64,000 nucleotides of DNA from a virus, in the IMG/VR virus record IMGVR_UViG_3300022925_000006; one strand, given 5' to 3'. The notes beneath the pieces were generated by a model. It saw only the letters and a list, made by a program, of their open reading frames with translations, had not been told where the DNA came from and did not search any database. A program made the position numbers and the translations under genes. Each line of letters begins with the position of its first letter. The stretch's first letter is position 1. Positions 1 through 8,604 of this stretch are shown one piece after another.

Positions 1-987
1 GAGAGTAAGTTCTTCACAGAAAAAGATATGGTGCCAACCACTGTTCCTATGGTGAACGTTGCGTTAGCAGGAAGTATTGACGGTGGTGTCACGCCAGGAC
101 TTACAGTTCTAGCGGGCCCGAGTAAGCACTTCAAAACATCTTTCGCACTGCTTATGGCAGGTGCGTATCTAGATGCAAAGAAGGACGCAGTAATGCTCTT
201 TTACGATAGTGAGTTTGGTAGTCCCCAATCTTACTTTGAGCAATTCGGGATTGATACCTCACGGGTGTTACATACACCCATCGCCAATGTCGAGGAACTC
301 AAGTTTGACTTAATTGGACAACTTGAGAACATTGACCGAAACGATGACGTAATTATTGTTATCGATTCAATTGGCAATCTCGCATCCAAGAAAGAACTAG
401 AAGATGCGATTAACGAGAAGTCGGTGGCAGATATGTCCCGTGCTAAAGCGCTTAAAGGTTTGTTCAGAATGAGTACACCGTACCTAACTATGAAGAACAT
501 TCCGATGCTTGCCGTCAACCACACTTATAAAGAAATTGGTCTATTCCCGAAGGATATCGTTGGTGGAGGCACAGGGATTTATTACAGTGCAGACAACATC
601 TGGATTCTTGGTCGTAGACAGAATAAGACGGGAACTGAGGTTACAGGATATGATTTCGTCATTAATGTTGAAAAGTCAAGATATGTTAAGGAGAAGTCTA
701 AGATTCCTATTAGTGTTTCTTGGGAGGGTGGCGTTGAGCGTAACTCTGGTTTGTTGGACGCTGCTCTTGCTGGTGGTTATGTCAGTAAGCCTAGTAATGG
801 GTGGTATTGTAGAGTTGACCGCTCGACTGGAGAATTGGTTGACCCCAAAGTAAGGGAGAAGGATACTCTCAAAGATGAGTTCTGGGCACCTATTTGGTCT
901 GGTACAGACTTTGCAGACTTCCTACAGTCCCAATATTCAATTACCAAAAAATCATTAGTATCAATGGATGATATTGTAGATGAATGA
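1..987 (+). CDS. uvsX: UvsX RecA-like recombinase (5' end lies before the window)
   Basis: Walker A GPSKHFKT, FYDSEFG, IVIDSIGNL, GGGTGIYYSAD. Frame is open from base 1 (ESKFFTEKDM...), so the true start is upstream. Confidence 0.95.
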   Translation, partial: ESKFFTEKDMVPTTVPMVNVALAGSIDGGVTPGLTVLAGPSKHFKTSFALLMAGAYLDAKKDAVMLFYDSEFGSPQSYFEQFGIDTSRVLHTPIANVEELKFDLIGQLENIDRNDDVIIVIDSIGNLASKKELEDAINEKSVADMSRAKALKGLFRMSTPYLTMKNIPMLAVNHTYKEIGLFPKDIVGGGTGIYYSADNIWILGRRQNKTGTEVTGYDFVINVEKSRYVKEKSKIPISVSWEGGVERNSGLLDAALAGGYVSKPSNGWYCRVDRSTGELVDPKVREKDTLKDEFWAPIWSGTDFADFLQSQYSITKKSLVSMDDIVDE

Positions 988-1393
988 GATTGAGTCAAAG
1001 TTAAGTGAGAAGATTCACTATGAGATTATTCCAGCCGATGATGAACACGGTTGGAATATTCGAATACTAGAAGAGTATCCTGAAACGGTTATCTCTTTTG
1101 GTACTATTGAATTTCTTGGAGAAGAAGACCAAGACGGTCATCTCTCTTTCAACTTCAGTGTAGTTGAATCACCTGACCCAGATTTATCACCAGAAGACTT
1201 GCCTTTTCAAGCATATGTTGGTAGAATACTAGGTTCAGTAATTGATACTTCTATCAATGAAGGAACGATGGTTGCCCATGACCAGAAAACGGGTGAAATA
1301 TTAGCAACCGAAGAAATGACTGAGGAGTTAGACGAACTATATAATGAATATCAATCTAGAACAGACAGTACTGCGGAACTTATTGACCAATGA
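980..1393 (+). CDS. Hypothetical acidic protein at the T4 gp40 position (between uvsX and gp41)
   Basis: Synteny with uvsX-40-41; overlaps both neighbours. Confidence 0.55.
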   Translation: MNEIESKLSEKIHYEIIPADDEHGWNIRILEEYPETVISFGTIEFLGEEDQDGHLSFNFSVVESPDPDLSPEDLPFQAYVGRILGSVIDTSINEGTMVAHDQKTGEILATEEMTEELDELYNEYQSRTDSTAELIDQ

Positions 1394-2756
1394 TGAATAT
1401 ATGCGGAAGGTTCTTCCGTTTATTTCACCTGACTACTTCGATGGAGTCTACAAAGGACTCTTTAAAGAAGTCACAAAGTTCGTAGCCAAATACAACAAAC
1501 TACCTAGTCTTGAATCATTCAAGATTGAGATAGACGAAAACAATTCGATGGGTGATGATAACTATCGCATTGCGTTAGACCTACTACCCAACATCTTTAC
1601 CGCAGAACCAGAAAACCTCGAATGGTTGATTGAACGCACTGAGAAGTGGTGTCAAGACCGTGCAGTTTATAATGCTGTCATGGAGTCAATCAACATCATC
1701 GATGGCAAACATGCGACACTTCAAAAGAATGGAATACCTGAGATATTGAGTAAGGCCTTGGGCGTTACCTTTGATACCAATATTGGTCACGATTATCTTG
1801 CTGATGTCGATAGACGTTATGAATTCTATCATGAACAGGAAGAACGTATTCCGTTTGACCTTGACTACTTCAATCAGATTACCAAGGGTGGTCTACCAAA
1901 CAAAACACTAAACATCGCACTTGCGGGTACTGGTGTTGGTAAGTCATTGTTTATGTGTCACATGGCTGCATCTGGTTTATCACAGGGTCACAATGTACTC
2001 TATATTACCATGGAGATGGCAGAGGAACGTATCGCAGAACGGATTGACGCAAACCTATTGAACGTGCCTATTGACCAATTGGAGAATTTATCTAAGACTA
2101 TGTTCACCGACAAGGTGCAACAGATTCAAGCGAAGACTCAAGGTAAACTTATTATCAAGGAGTATCCGACTGGTCAAGCAAACACGTCACACTTCCGTGC
2201 GTTGTTGAATGAGATGAAGTTGAAGAAGAACTTTGTTCCTGAGATTATCTTTGTTGATTATCTGAACATCTGTTCCTCTGCACGTATGAAAGGTATGGGT
2301 GGTGCTATCAACTCTTATTCTTATATCAAGTCTATTGCAGAAGAGTTACGTGGACTCGCAGTTGAGTTCAATGTTCCTATCATGTCTGCAACCCAGACTA
2401 CACGTAGCGGTTATTCTAATGACGATGTTGGTCTAGAAGATACGTCCGAATCATTTGGACTACCCGCAACTGCTGACCTAATGTTCGCACTCATCTCAAA
2501 TGATGAACTGAACAATCTTGGTAAGATAATGGTCAAACAGTTGAAGAACAGGTATAACGACCCGACTCGACATAACAGGTTTACTATAAAGATTGACCGC
2601 AGTAAGATGCGTCTCTCCGATGATGATGATGAGGAAATGATTCCTAGTCATGACCCCGACAAAGGATGGGATGATAAACCTATATTTGATAACAGTTCTT
2701 CTGGTAAGAGGATGTCTCAAGAAAACAACAAGTTTAAAAACTTTAGGATGGAATAA
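1344..2756 (+). CDS. 41: gp41-type DnaB-like replicative helicase
   Basis: AGTGVGKS Walker A, YITMEMAEE, IFVDYLNI, SATQTTR, SESFGLPATAD, KQLKNRY. Confidence 0.95.
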   Translation: MNINLEQTVLRNLLTNDEYMRKVLPFISPDYFDGVYKGLFKEVTKFVAKYNKLPSLESFKIEIDENNSMGDDNYRIALDLLPNIFTAEPENLEWLIERTEKWCQDRAVYNAVMESINIIDGKHATLQKNGIPEILSKALGVTFDTNIGHDYLADVDRRYEFYHEQEERIPFDLDYFNQITKGGLPNKTLNIALAGTGVGKSLFMCHMAASGLSQGHNVLYITMEMAEERIAERIDANLLNVPIDQLENLSKTMFTDKVQQIQAKTQGKLIIKEYPTGQANTSHFRALLNEMKLKKNFVPEIIFVDYLNICSSARMKGMGGAINSYSYIKSIAEELRGLAVEFNVPIMSATQTTRSGYSNDDVGLEDTSESFGLPATADLMFALISNDELNNLGKIMVKQLKNRYNDPTRHNRFTIKIDRSKMRLSDDDDEEMIPSHDPDKGWDDKPIFDNSSSGKRMSQENNKFKNFRME

Positions 2757-2998
2757 TGGATTATGTATGGCCAATATCAACCGTGGTACTTATGTTCATA
2801 TCCTACTGGGTCGGTAAGATTCATGGGTTTGTGCATGGCGAGGACGAGGGTTTCAATGAAGGTATTAAACAAGGAACTCCTGTAGTTGCAACCGCAATAC
2901 TACGATGGGTGCGTCAAGAAAAGGATATAAATATCAGTGACCCTGAAATTAAAGAAATAATCGATAACATAAATGTTGAATGGAAAAATGATAAATGA
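2756..2998 (+). CDS. Small membrane protein
   Basis: N-terminal hydrophobic segment; TAATG/ATGA coupling to both neighbours. Confidence 0.6.
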   Translation: MDYVWPISTVVLMFISYWVGKIHGFVHGEDEGFNEGIKQGTPVVATAILRWVRQEKDINISDPEIKEIIDNINVEWKNDK

Positions 2999-3651
2999 GT
3001 GAAGTAAATCTAATTGCATTAAGTAAACCGTCCGCAGTGACAGATTGCCGAACCGCAACTGAGTTGGTGGCATATACTGCTAGGGTGAGTAATCCCAGTA
3101 ATCAGAATAATACAAAGACGGCTCCTAAGTTGTTGAAGTATCTGATTAAAGAGAACCATTGGTCTCCCTTTGAGATGGTGCATATGACTATGGAGATTAA
3201 GACTACTCGTGATATTGCACGACAGATTCTACGTCATCGCTCGTTCTCATTCCAAGAGTTCTCTCAACGGTACGCTGTGAGTGAGAACATTGATGTTGTT
3301 CGTGAAGCACGTCTACAGGATGAGAAGAACCGACAGAACTCTATTGTAACGGATGACACACATATCAAACATGAGTGGCGTCATACTCAAGCGAGGGTAC
3401 GTAACTTCGTGAAGAAAGAGTATGCTGCCGCACTTGATATGGGTATCGCAAAAGAACAGGCACGTGCATTGTTACCCGAAGGTTTGACCGAAACTACTCT
3501 TTATATGGCTGGTAGTCTACGTAGTTGGATTCACTACTGCGACCTTAGACGTGCGAATGGCACTCAGAAGGAACACATGATTGTTGCAGAACAGTGTTGG
3601 GACGTTGTGAAGGGACACTTTCCAGAAATTGCAGATATGACCAATGACTGA
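2995..3651 (+). CDS. thyX: Flavin-dependent thymidylate synthase
   Basis: HWSPFE and RHRSFSFQEFSQRY ThyX signature; KEQARALLP. Confidence 0.95.
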   Translation: MSEVNLIALSKPSAVTDCRTATELVAYTARVSNPSNQNNTKTAPKLLKYLIKENHWSPFEMVHMTMEIKTTRDIARQILRHRSFSFQEFSQRYAVSENIDVVREARLQDEKNRQNSIVTDDTHIKHEWRHTQARVRNFVKKEYAAALDMGIAKEQARALLPEGLTETTLYMAGSLRSWIHYCDLRRANGTQKEHMIVAEQCWDVVKGHFPEIADMTND

Positions 3652-4318
3652 GATTGTAATCCGAAACAAACATCTACTAGAGATGCTTGATAAGACTGTT
3701 GATATGTTTCTTGAACATAGAGAACTGTGTGAAGAGTTATCGGATAGTTTACAACGTGACATTCCAGTACAGGAGTGGGAGAGATTCTGCCAAGAGGATT
3801 ATCTGCATGAGATGATTGCGAAGGGAGATGACCACAAAGGGTTTCCTGAAAAGGGTTATGGGTTTCAAGTATCACATGGGGTCAAACACAGGCCCGATGT
3901 GTTTGAACCATTAATGAAATGGACTAAGACCGAACTCCCAATGCAGTTTGGTGCAAGGTCAAACTCTCTCACATCCTACTATCCACCCAATGGATTTGTG
4001 GGATGGCATACCAATTGGAATGCCCATGGGTATCAAATCATTCTCACGTGGAGTGAAGATGGTGATGGGTATTTTTCTTATTATGATAGAAAGTCTGATA
4101 CGATTATCACCGAACCAGATGTTAAAGGATGGCAGGCAAGATGGTACAGGTTTGGTCGTAAAGATGAACCCCAACATCATTGTTGGCATACTGCATGGAC
4201 AAACTGTCCACGATTCACCCTTGCGTTTAAGTTTCCTTACCACATAGGTGGTGACGTATACGAAGATGCAGCCCTTGATGCGATAAATGATTTTGTAGAA
4301 GAGTTAGAAACTGCTTGA
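3644..4318 (+). CDS. Cupin / 2OG-Fe(II) oxygenase-like protein
   Basis: YYPPNGFVGWHTN ... CWHTAWTNCPRFTLAF double-stranded beta-helix pattern. Confidence 0.55.
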   Translation: MTEIVIRNKHLLEMLDKTVDMFLEHRELCEELSDSLQRDIPVQEWERFCQEDYLHEMIAKGDDHKGFPEKGYGFQVSHGVKHRPDVFEPLMKWTKTELPMQFGARSNSLTSYYPPNGFVGWHTNWNAHGYQIILTWSEDGDGYFSYYDRKSDTIITEPDVKGWQARWYRFGRKDEPQHHCWHTAWTNCPRFTLAFKFPYHIGGDVYEDAALDAINDFVEELETA

Positions 4319-4343
4319 CTTTTTAGTATTGTGATGATATACT
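4315..4343 (+). promoter_or_regulatory. sigma70-type promoter
   Basis: TTGACT-17-TATACT with TG extension; ATG 6 nt downstream. Confidence 0.7.
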
Positions 4344-4349
4344 GTATGT

Positions 4350-4886
4350 ATGATTATGAAAAGACTAGTGATAGGAATCGCTGTGCTCAGTATATTGGGT
4401 TCAGTATCAGGCGCAACAGAAAATAACGTTGAAATCCCGTTTATCTATTCAGATAAAGCCGTTCAATGTCTTGCACTCAACATCTATCATGAAGCACGGA
4501 ACGAATCCTTTGCAGGACGAGTTGCGGTTGCTGATGTGACAGTAAATCGCATGTATGATAGTAGATATCCGAATACGATATGTGGTGTTGTACATCAAGC
4601 GAAACTGAGTAAATGGCATCTTGAACAAGGACGTGAAGTACCACTGAGACATATGTGTCAGTTCAGTTGGTATTGTGATGGAAAGTCTGACCAACCCAAT
4701 GATGGAGACAGTTGGTTAAAGTCGAAAAGATTAGCACAAAACTTCTTGACTTATGGGGAATTTCGTGGTATAACAGAAGGTGCAACACACTATCATGCAA
4801 CCTATGTCAAACCTGATTGGGTTAATGACCGTGGTATGAGTATGGTGGGTAGTATCGGTGAACATATATTTTATAGGTGGAACTAA
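4350..4886 (+). CDS. SleB-like cell wall hydrolase (Hydrolase_2)
   Basis: Signal peptide; CLALNIYHEAR, VAVADVTVNR, CQFSWYCDG, GATHYHATYVKP, IGEHIFY. Confidence 0.9.
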   Translation: MIMKRLVIGIAVLSILGSVSGATENNVEIPFIYSDKAVQCLALNIYHEARNESFAGRVAVADVTVNRMYDSRYPNTICGVVHQAKLSKWHLEQGREVPLRHMCQFSWYCDGKSDQPNDGDSWLKSKRLAQNFLTYGEFRGITEGATHYHATYVKPDWVNDRGMSMVGSIGEHIFYRWN

Positions 4887-5155
4887 TGATTGATTACAAA
4901 TATAACGAAGACAAGGCAATTAGAGAATTGTCTGAATATATCGATGGCACATATGGAGAACACTACTCGAAGAATAAGTTTCAGGCAACTGAGTTTATTA
5001 TCGATGGTGGTCATGGTGATGGGTTCTGTATCGGAAACATCATGAAGTATGCACAACGATATGGCAACAAGAATGGTTATAATCGTGCAGACTTGATGAA
5101 GGTCTTACACTATGCAATCATTCAGTTGCATGTACACGACCATTACGAGAGGTAA
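4877..5155 (+). CDS. DUF3310/SaV-like protein
   Basis: HY...GFCIGNIMKYAQRYGNKNG...DLMKVLHY pattern. Confidence 0.75.
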   Translation: MELMIDYKYNEDKAIRELSEYIDGTYGEHYSKNKFQATEFIIDGGHGDGFCIGNIMKYAQRYGNKNGYNRADLMKVLHYAIIQLHVHDHYER

Positions 5156-5158
5156 TCT

Positions 5159-5356
5159 ATGATGGAGTATTTTGTCGGTACGATTGTATTGTTGATAGGA
5201 TTCTTCTTTATGTACATGTCAATACACATGGAAGAAGAAAAACGGGAAGGTCGTTACCTTCCATTGCCTTGGGAACAGGGTGGCTGGATGCACAAAACCC
5301 AAAGAAAGATATTTGATAAATCAGACATCAAATATCGTGACGGAGATAACACGTAA
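5159..5356 (+). CDS. Small membrane protein
   Basis: N-terminal TM helix; GAGG SD. Confidence 0.6.
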   Translation: MMEYFVGTIVLLIGFFFMYMSIHMEEEKREGRYLPLPWEQGGWMHKTQRKIFDKSDIKYRDGDNT

Positions 5357-5374
5357 ATTATTTTCAAAAAACCC

Positions 5375-5412
5375 TTGCCAAAAGTTGCTCTTGTTGTTAT
5401 AATAAGTACATA
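5375..5412 (+). promoter_or_regulatory. Early promoter cassette, family A
   Basis: TTGCCA-17-TATAAT followed by AAGTACATAAA; near-identical copies at 13022, 13820, 39340, 39623. Confidence 0.85.
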
Positions 5413-5432
5413 AAGTCAGAAAAGGAAATATT

Positions 5433-5780
5433 ATGAATGTAATTAAATACGATATCTACGAGTCATTCAATAGGAATGGGTCATGCAGACAAGGTGAGAT
5501 TACCACCACCTATGACACCCTTAACAACCTTTTTGGTACACCATCTTACACAGACGCAGACCCATATGAGAAGGTGTCTTGTGAGTGGGTTCTGAATGTC
5601 AAAGTCGGAGATGAAGACGATTGGTCTTATGAACAGGTTTCCATCTATGCATGGAAGTACGGTAGAATCCCTACCGAAGAGTGTCAGTGGAACATTGGTG
5701 GCCACAACTACAAAGCACAAGAGATTGTGGAGTCAATAATTGAATCGGGTATTGAACCCGCATATAGTGAGGTGGCGTAA
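5433..5780 (+). CDS. Hypothetical early protein
   Basis: AAGGA SD, downstream of the early promoter. Confidence 0.7.
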   Translation: MNVIKYDIYESFNRNGSCRQGEITTTYDTLNNLFGTPSYTDADPYEKVSCEWVLNVKVGDEDDWSYEQVSIYAWKYGRIPTEECQWNIGGHNYKAQEIVESIIESGIEPAYSEVA

Positions 5781-5965
5781 TGAGTAAGATGGGACAATTT
5801 GTTTTTGAGTGTCAGGAAATTGCAGAAAACAATTATAATGATACAAAGGAAAAGGTTATCTCTGAAGTCAAACAGACTTTTGAGGTATGGCAACAACCTT
5901 ACGCAATTGATGTTGCGGTAAGTTGCTGGGAAGAAATTCAGTCAGATATGCAAAACTATTTCTGA
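5780..5965 (+). CDS. Hypothetical protein
   Basis: TAATG coupling; GAGGT SD. Confidence 0.65.
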   Translation: MSKMGQFVFECQEIAENNYNDTKEKVISEVKQTFEVWQQPYAIDVAVSCWEEIQSDMQNYF

Positions 5966-5994
5966 TTGGTAATATTAACTCTAACTAAGGAAAT

Positions 5995-6285
5995 ATGAGA
6001 AAGAGTAACTTTGATAGGAGACCACAACGTCCTAAACCAAAAGTGTGGCCTAAAGACGGTGCTAGGCAAGTCACCGTAAGATATGATGATGTCGAGACCG
6101 CCTTGAAAGTATTCAAGAGAAAGGTTAAGAAATCAGACATTCTCTTTGATATCAAGAAGAAGGAGTTCTTTGAGACAAGAAGAGAGAAAGGAAGAAAAGC
6201 TAAACTCGCTGCTATCAGGAGGGTTAAAAAGCAAAAAATGAAACAAGCAGAACTTGATGAAAGAATGAAGTTCCGTTACAGATAA
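5995..6285 (+). CDS. rpsU: Ribosomal protein bS21 homolog
   Basis: VTVRYDDVETALKVFKRKVKKSDILFDIKKKEFFE..REK.RK.KLAAIRR matches the S21 pattern; short N-terminal extension. Confidence 0.85.
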   Translation: MRKSNFDRRPQRPKPKVWPKDGARQVTVRYDDVETALKVFKRKVKKSDILFDIKKKEFFETRREKGRKAKLAAIRRVKKQKMKQAELDERMKFRYR

Positions 6286-6296
6286 ATCAAAACTCT

Positions 6297-6304
6297 TATA
6301 AATA
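6297..6304 (+). promoter_or_regulatory. T4-type late promoter
   Basis: Exact TATAAATA in the intergenic gap. Confidence 0.75.
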
Positions 6305-6350
6305 TAGAAGTCAGGTAGACTTAACAAAGTAACAAGGGTGTGGATGTGTC

Positions 6351-6536
6351 ATGAAAAAGACAAAAAGAATAAAATCCCGTCACGGGAATCTGTTGTTTGA
6401 CAACAATAGTCCTTTTAAACAAAAGGTAGTACTCGATAAAACGAAGTACAACCGCAAAAAGAATCCCCGCAAAGTCGGGGATTTTTCTTATTGGTCTTTA
6501 TTAAATTCTCTAAAGGGTCTAACCTTTCCATCATAG
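6351..6536 (+). CDS. ArfA-like basic peptide (putative alternative ribosome-rescue factor)
   Basis: LLFDNNSPFKQKVVLDKTKYNRKK resembles the ArfA core (LL.DPLFRQRV......SY.RK). An intrinsic terminator lies inside the ORF before the stop codon. Confidence 0.6.
   Translation: MKKTKRIKSRHGNLLFDNNSPFKQKVVLDKTKYNRKKNPRKVGDFSYWSLLNSLKGLTFPS
6456..6489. terminator. Bidirectional rho-independent terminator inside the ArfA-like ORF
   Basis: AATCCCCG-caaagt-CGGGGATT stem; T-tract TTTTTCTT on + and TTCTTTTT on -. Confidence 0.85.
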
Positions 6537-6799
6537 AATAACATTTTATACCAAGGAGTGTCCCTCTTCATGCGTGGAAGGGTGTACTCAAACTTCTTAC
6601 CTTCCCTGTTAATCCAAACAACATGATATCCAATCCATCTTCTTGATGGATACCACTGTGCCTTCCCACCATTCACAATAATATTTTCTAGTGTCCAGAA
6701 ATAACAGTTGTTCTTCTTAGTGAACAAACGTATTGGCCATGACCAGAAAAACACAATCATTAATGTGAATGTTATTAATTTTCTGTATAAAGTATCCAT
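6488..6799 (-). CDS. Hypothetical membrane-anchored protein
   Basis: N-terminal hydrophobic helix; ends at the bidirectional terminator; CATATATA-N5-ATG upstream on the - strand. Confidence 0.6.
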   Translation of the reverse strand: MDTLYRKLITFTLMIVFFWSWPIRLFTKKNNCYFWTLENIIVNGGKAQWYPSRRWIGYHVVWINREGKKFEYTLPRMKRDTPWYKMLFYDGKVRPFREFNKDQ

Positions 6800-6826
6800 A
6801 TAATTATATATATGGAAGTCGTTTCT

Positions 6827-6834
6827 TATAAATA
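6827..6834 (+). promoter_or_regulatory. T4-type late promoter of the csg-FecR-cyclase operon
   Basis: TATAAATA-cctac-ATG. Confidence 0.8.
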
Positions 6835-6839
6835 CCTAC

Positions 6840-7121
6840 ATGGAAAATGCATTTACTCTAATCAATGAATTGGGGTTTCCTATAGCCGCTGCACTGATTG
6901 GCGGTTTCTTTATGTTTCTGACTCTCAAGTATATAATGGACGGTGTTATTGGTCAGGTGAAATCTATTCGTGGAATAGTGGGAAGCCTTGATAACCGTGT
7001 AAAAACTATGAATCATGATATGGTTCGTATGGACACAACTATGTGTGTTGTTCTGGGAATAAGACCAGACCTAACCCGCATCAGTAGAGCTAATGGTAAA
7101 GAAGATGCGAGACGAGACTAA
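6840..7121 (+). CDS. Small membrane protein (GFPI motif, TM plus coiled coil); paralog of the next gene
   Basis: INELGFPIAAAL TM segment; LDNRVKTMNHDMVR. Confidence 0.7.
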   Translation: MENAFTLINELGFPIAAALIGGFFMFLTLKYIMDGVIGQVKSIRGIVGSLDNRVKTMNHDMVRMDTTMCVVLGIRPDLTRISRANGKEDARRD

Positions 7122-7372
7122 TGATAGAATTTATAGACAGTATAAAGTCTTTCGGGTTTCCGATAGTATCAGCGGTGGGTATGCTGTATATGATTTACTT
7201 CGTGTGGAAAACAATCACCGAAGAAGTCGAGAAGAACTTAGATGATACACAAAAGACCTTAATTGGTTTGATTGACAGAATAAGAATGTTAGATAATGAT
7301 ATCATCCGATTGCAACAGAAACTAGATACTGCAATCGAATTAAAGAGAAAACAAGATGAAGAAAATAACTAA
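7121..7372 (+). CDS. Small membrane protein (GFPI motif, TM plus coiled coil)
   Basis: IKSFGFPIVSAV TM segment; LIDRIRMLDNDIIR. Confidence 0.7.
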   Translation: MIEFIDSIKSFGFPIVSAVGMLYMIYFVWKTITEEVEKNLDDTQKTLIGLIDRIRMLDNDIIRLQQKLDTAIELKRKQDEENN

Positions 7373-7844
7373 GTTTACCGTGATTGAAAAAATAGAATCG
7401 ATTATATTATTGGTTTGTTTTGGACTTATGTTTTTTGTGTTTGCCGAAGTTTCGGCTGCACCGATTGAACATAAGTTTAAATCGCCGTCATTCAGTGGAG
7501 TGAACACTAGTTCTCATTATTTAACAATTGAGAACCAAGAAGCATCTCGTAAACAAGCCATAAAACAAGAGATAAAGGAATTACAGGAACAATTGGAAAG
7601 GGATGCTGAGAATACCACCCTTGCAAAATTTATTAGAAATGTGGAAAGTAGAATTTATTCTACCCTATCACGACAGATTGTAGACAGTATGTTCGGCGAG
7701 AATCCTAGTGATACGGGTTCATTTAACATTGAAGGTACAGGAATATCATACGTCAGAAATGGCGATAGTGTGGAGTTAACAATTACAGATGAGAATGGTA
7801 ATACGACTGTTATCGTTATTCCTCTTGGGGACTTTGGTATCTAG
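7356..7844 (+). CDS. csgF: Curli assembly component CsgF-like
   Basis: Signal peptide then HKFKSPSFSG...YLTIENQE (CsgF F..PnFgG-type motif); F..N.ESRIYS.LSRQI; directly upstream of csgG. Confidence 0.8.
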   Translation: MKKITKFTVIEKIESIILLVCFGLMFFVFAEVSAAPIEHKFKSPSFSGVNTSSHYLTIENQEASRKQAIKQEIKELQEQLERDAENTTLAKFIRNVESRIYSTLSRQIVDSMFGENPSDTGSFNIEGTGISYVRNGDSVELTITDENGNTTVIVIPLGDFGI

Positions 7845-8604
7845 TTGTACTTCTCTCGGTAGTGGAAACTTTGAGATACCACAGAGAGATGAACCAAGAA
7901 TACAGGAAACATTACTCCAACAAGAACTGAAGAATGTTTCTAGTCCGAAGAGGAAACCGACAGTAGCTGTGTATCAGTTTACTGACCAGACGGGACAGAA
8001 AAGACAAAATAGTGGTGGTGGAACTTCGTTTAGTTCTGCGGTAACACAAGCACCTTCGGTGTACCTAATACGTGCATTGAAACGTGCAGCGAACGGAAAT
8101 TTCTTTCGTGTTGTAGACCGTCAAATTATTGACCATGTCACTAGAGAAAGACAACTGATACGTCAAACTCGTCAAAGTTACGAGGGAGATGAATCTCAGA
8201 AATTACCAGCATTAACGTTCGCTGGGATGATAATTGCAGGAGGTATAGTAGGATACGATACTTCGATTGACACAGGTGGCGCTGGTGCTAGATACCTCGG
8301 TATTGGAGCGTCCCGTGAATTTAGTATTGATACTGTGACCGTAAATATACGGTTAGTGTCAGTTGCAACAGGCGAAGTCTTGCTTGATGTAATAACAAGT
8401 AAGACCATACTATCCACGGCTTTTGGTGGGGATGTATTTAAATTTATAGAGCAGGGCACCCAACTGGTTGAGATTGAATCAGGGGTGACTCAAAATGAAA
8501 GTGTTTCCATAGCGACCCAACGTGCTATAGAAACGGGAGTCCTTGCGCTCATTAATCGTGGAAACGACATGGGGTACTGGACATTTAACGGAGAAAATAA
8601 ATGA
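7789..8604 (+). CDS. csgG: Curli secretion channel lipoprotein CsgG
   Basis: Lipobox LVSSC; VAVYQFTDQTGQ, FSSAVTQ, ERQLIR, GGIVGYDT, GGAGARYLGIG, VSVATGEVL..V..SKTILS. Confidence 0.92.
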   Translation: MRMVIRLLSLFLLGTLVSSCTSLGSGNFEIPQRDEPRIQETLLQQELKNVSSPKRKPTVAVYQFTDQTGQKRQNSGGGTSFSSAVTQAPSVYLIRALKRAANGNFFRVVDRQIIDHVTRERQLIRQTRQSYEGDESQKLPALTFAGMIIAGGIVGYDTSIDTGGAGARYLGIGASREFSIDTVTVNIRLVSVATGEVLLDVITSKTILSTAFGGDVFKFIEQGTQLVEIESGVTQNESVSIATQRAIETGVLALINRGNDMGYWTFNGENK

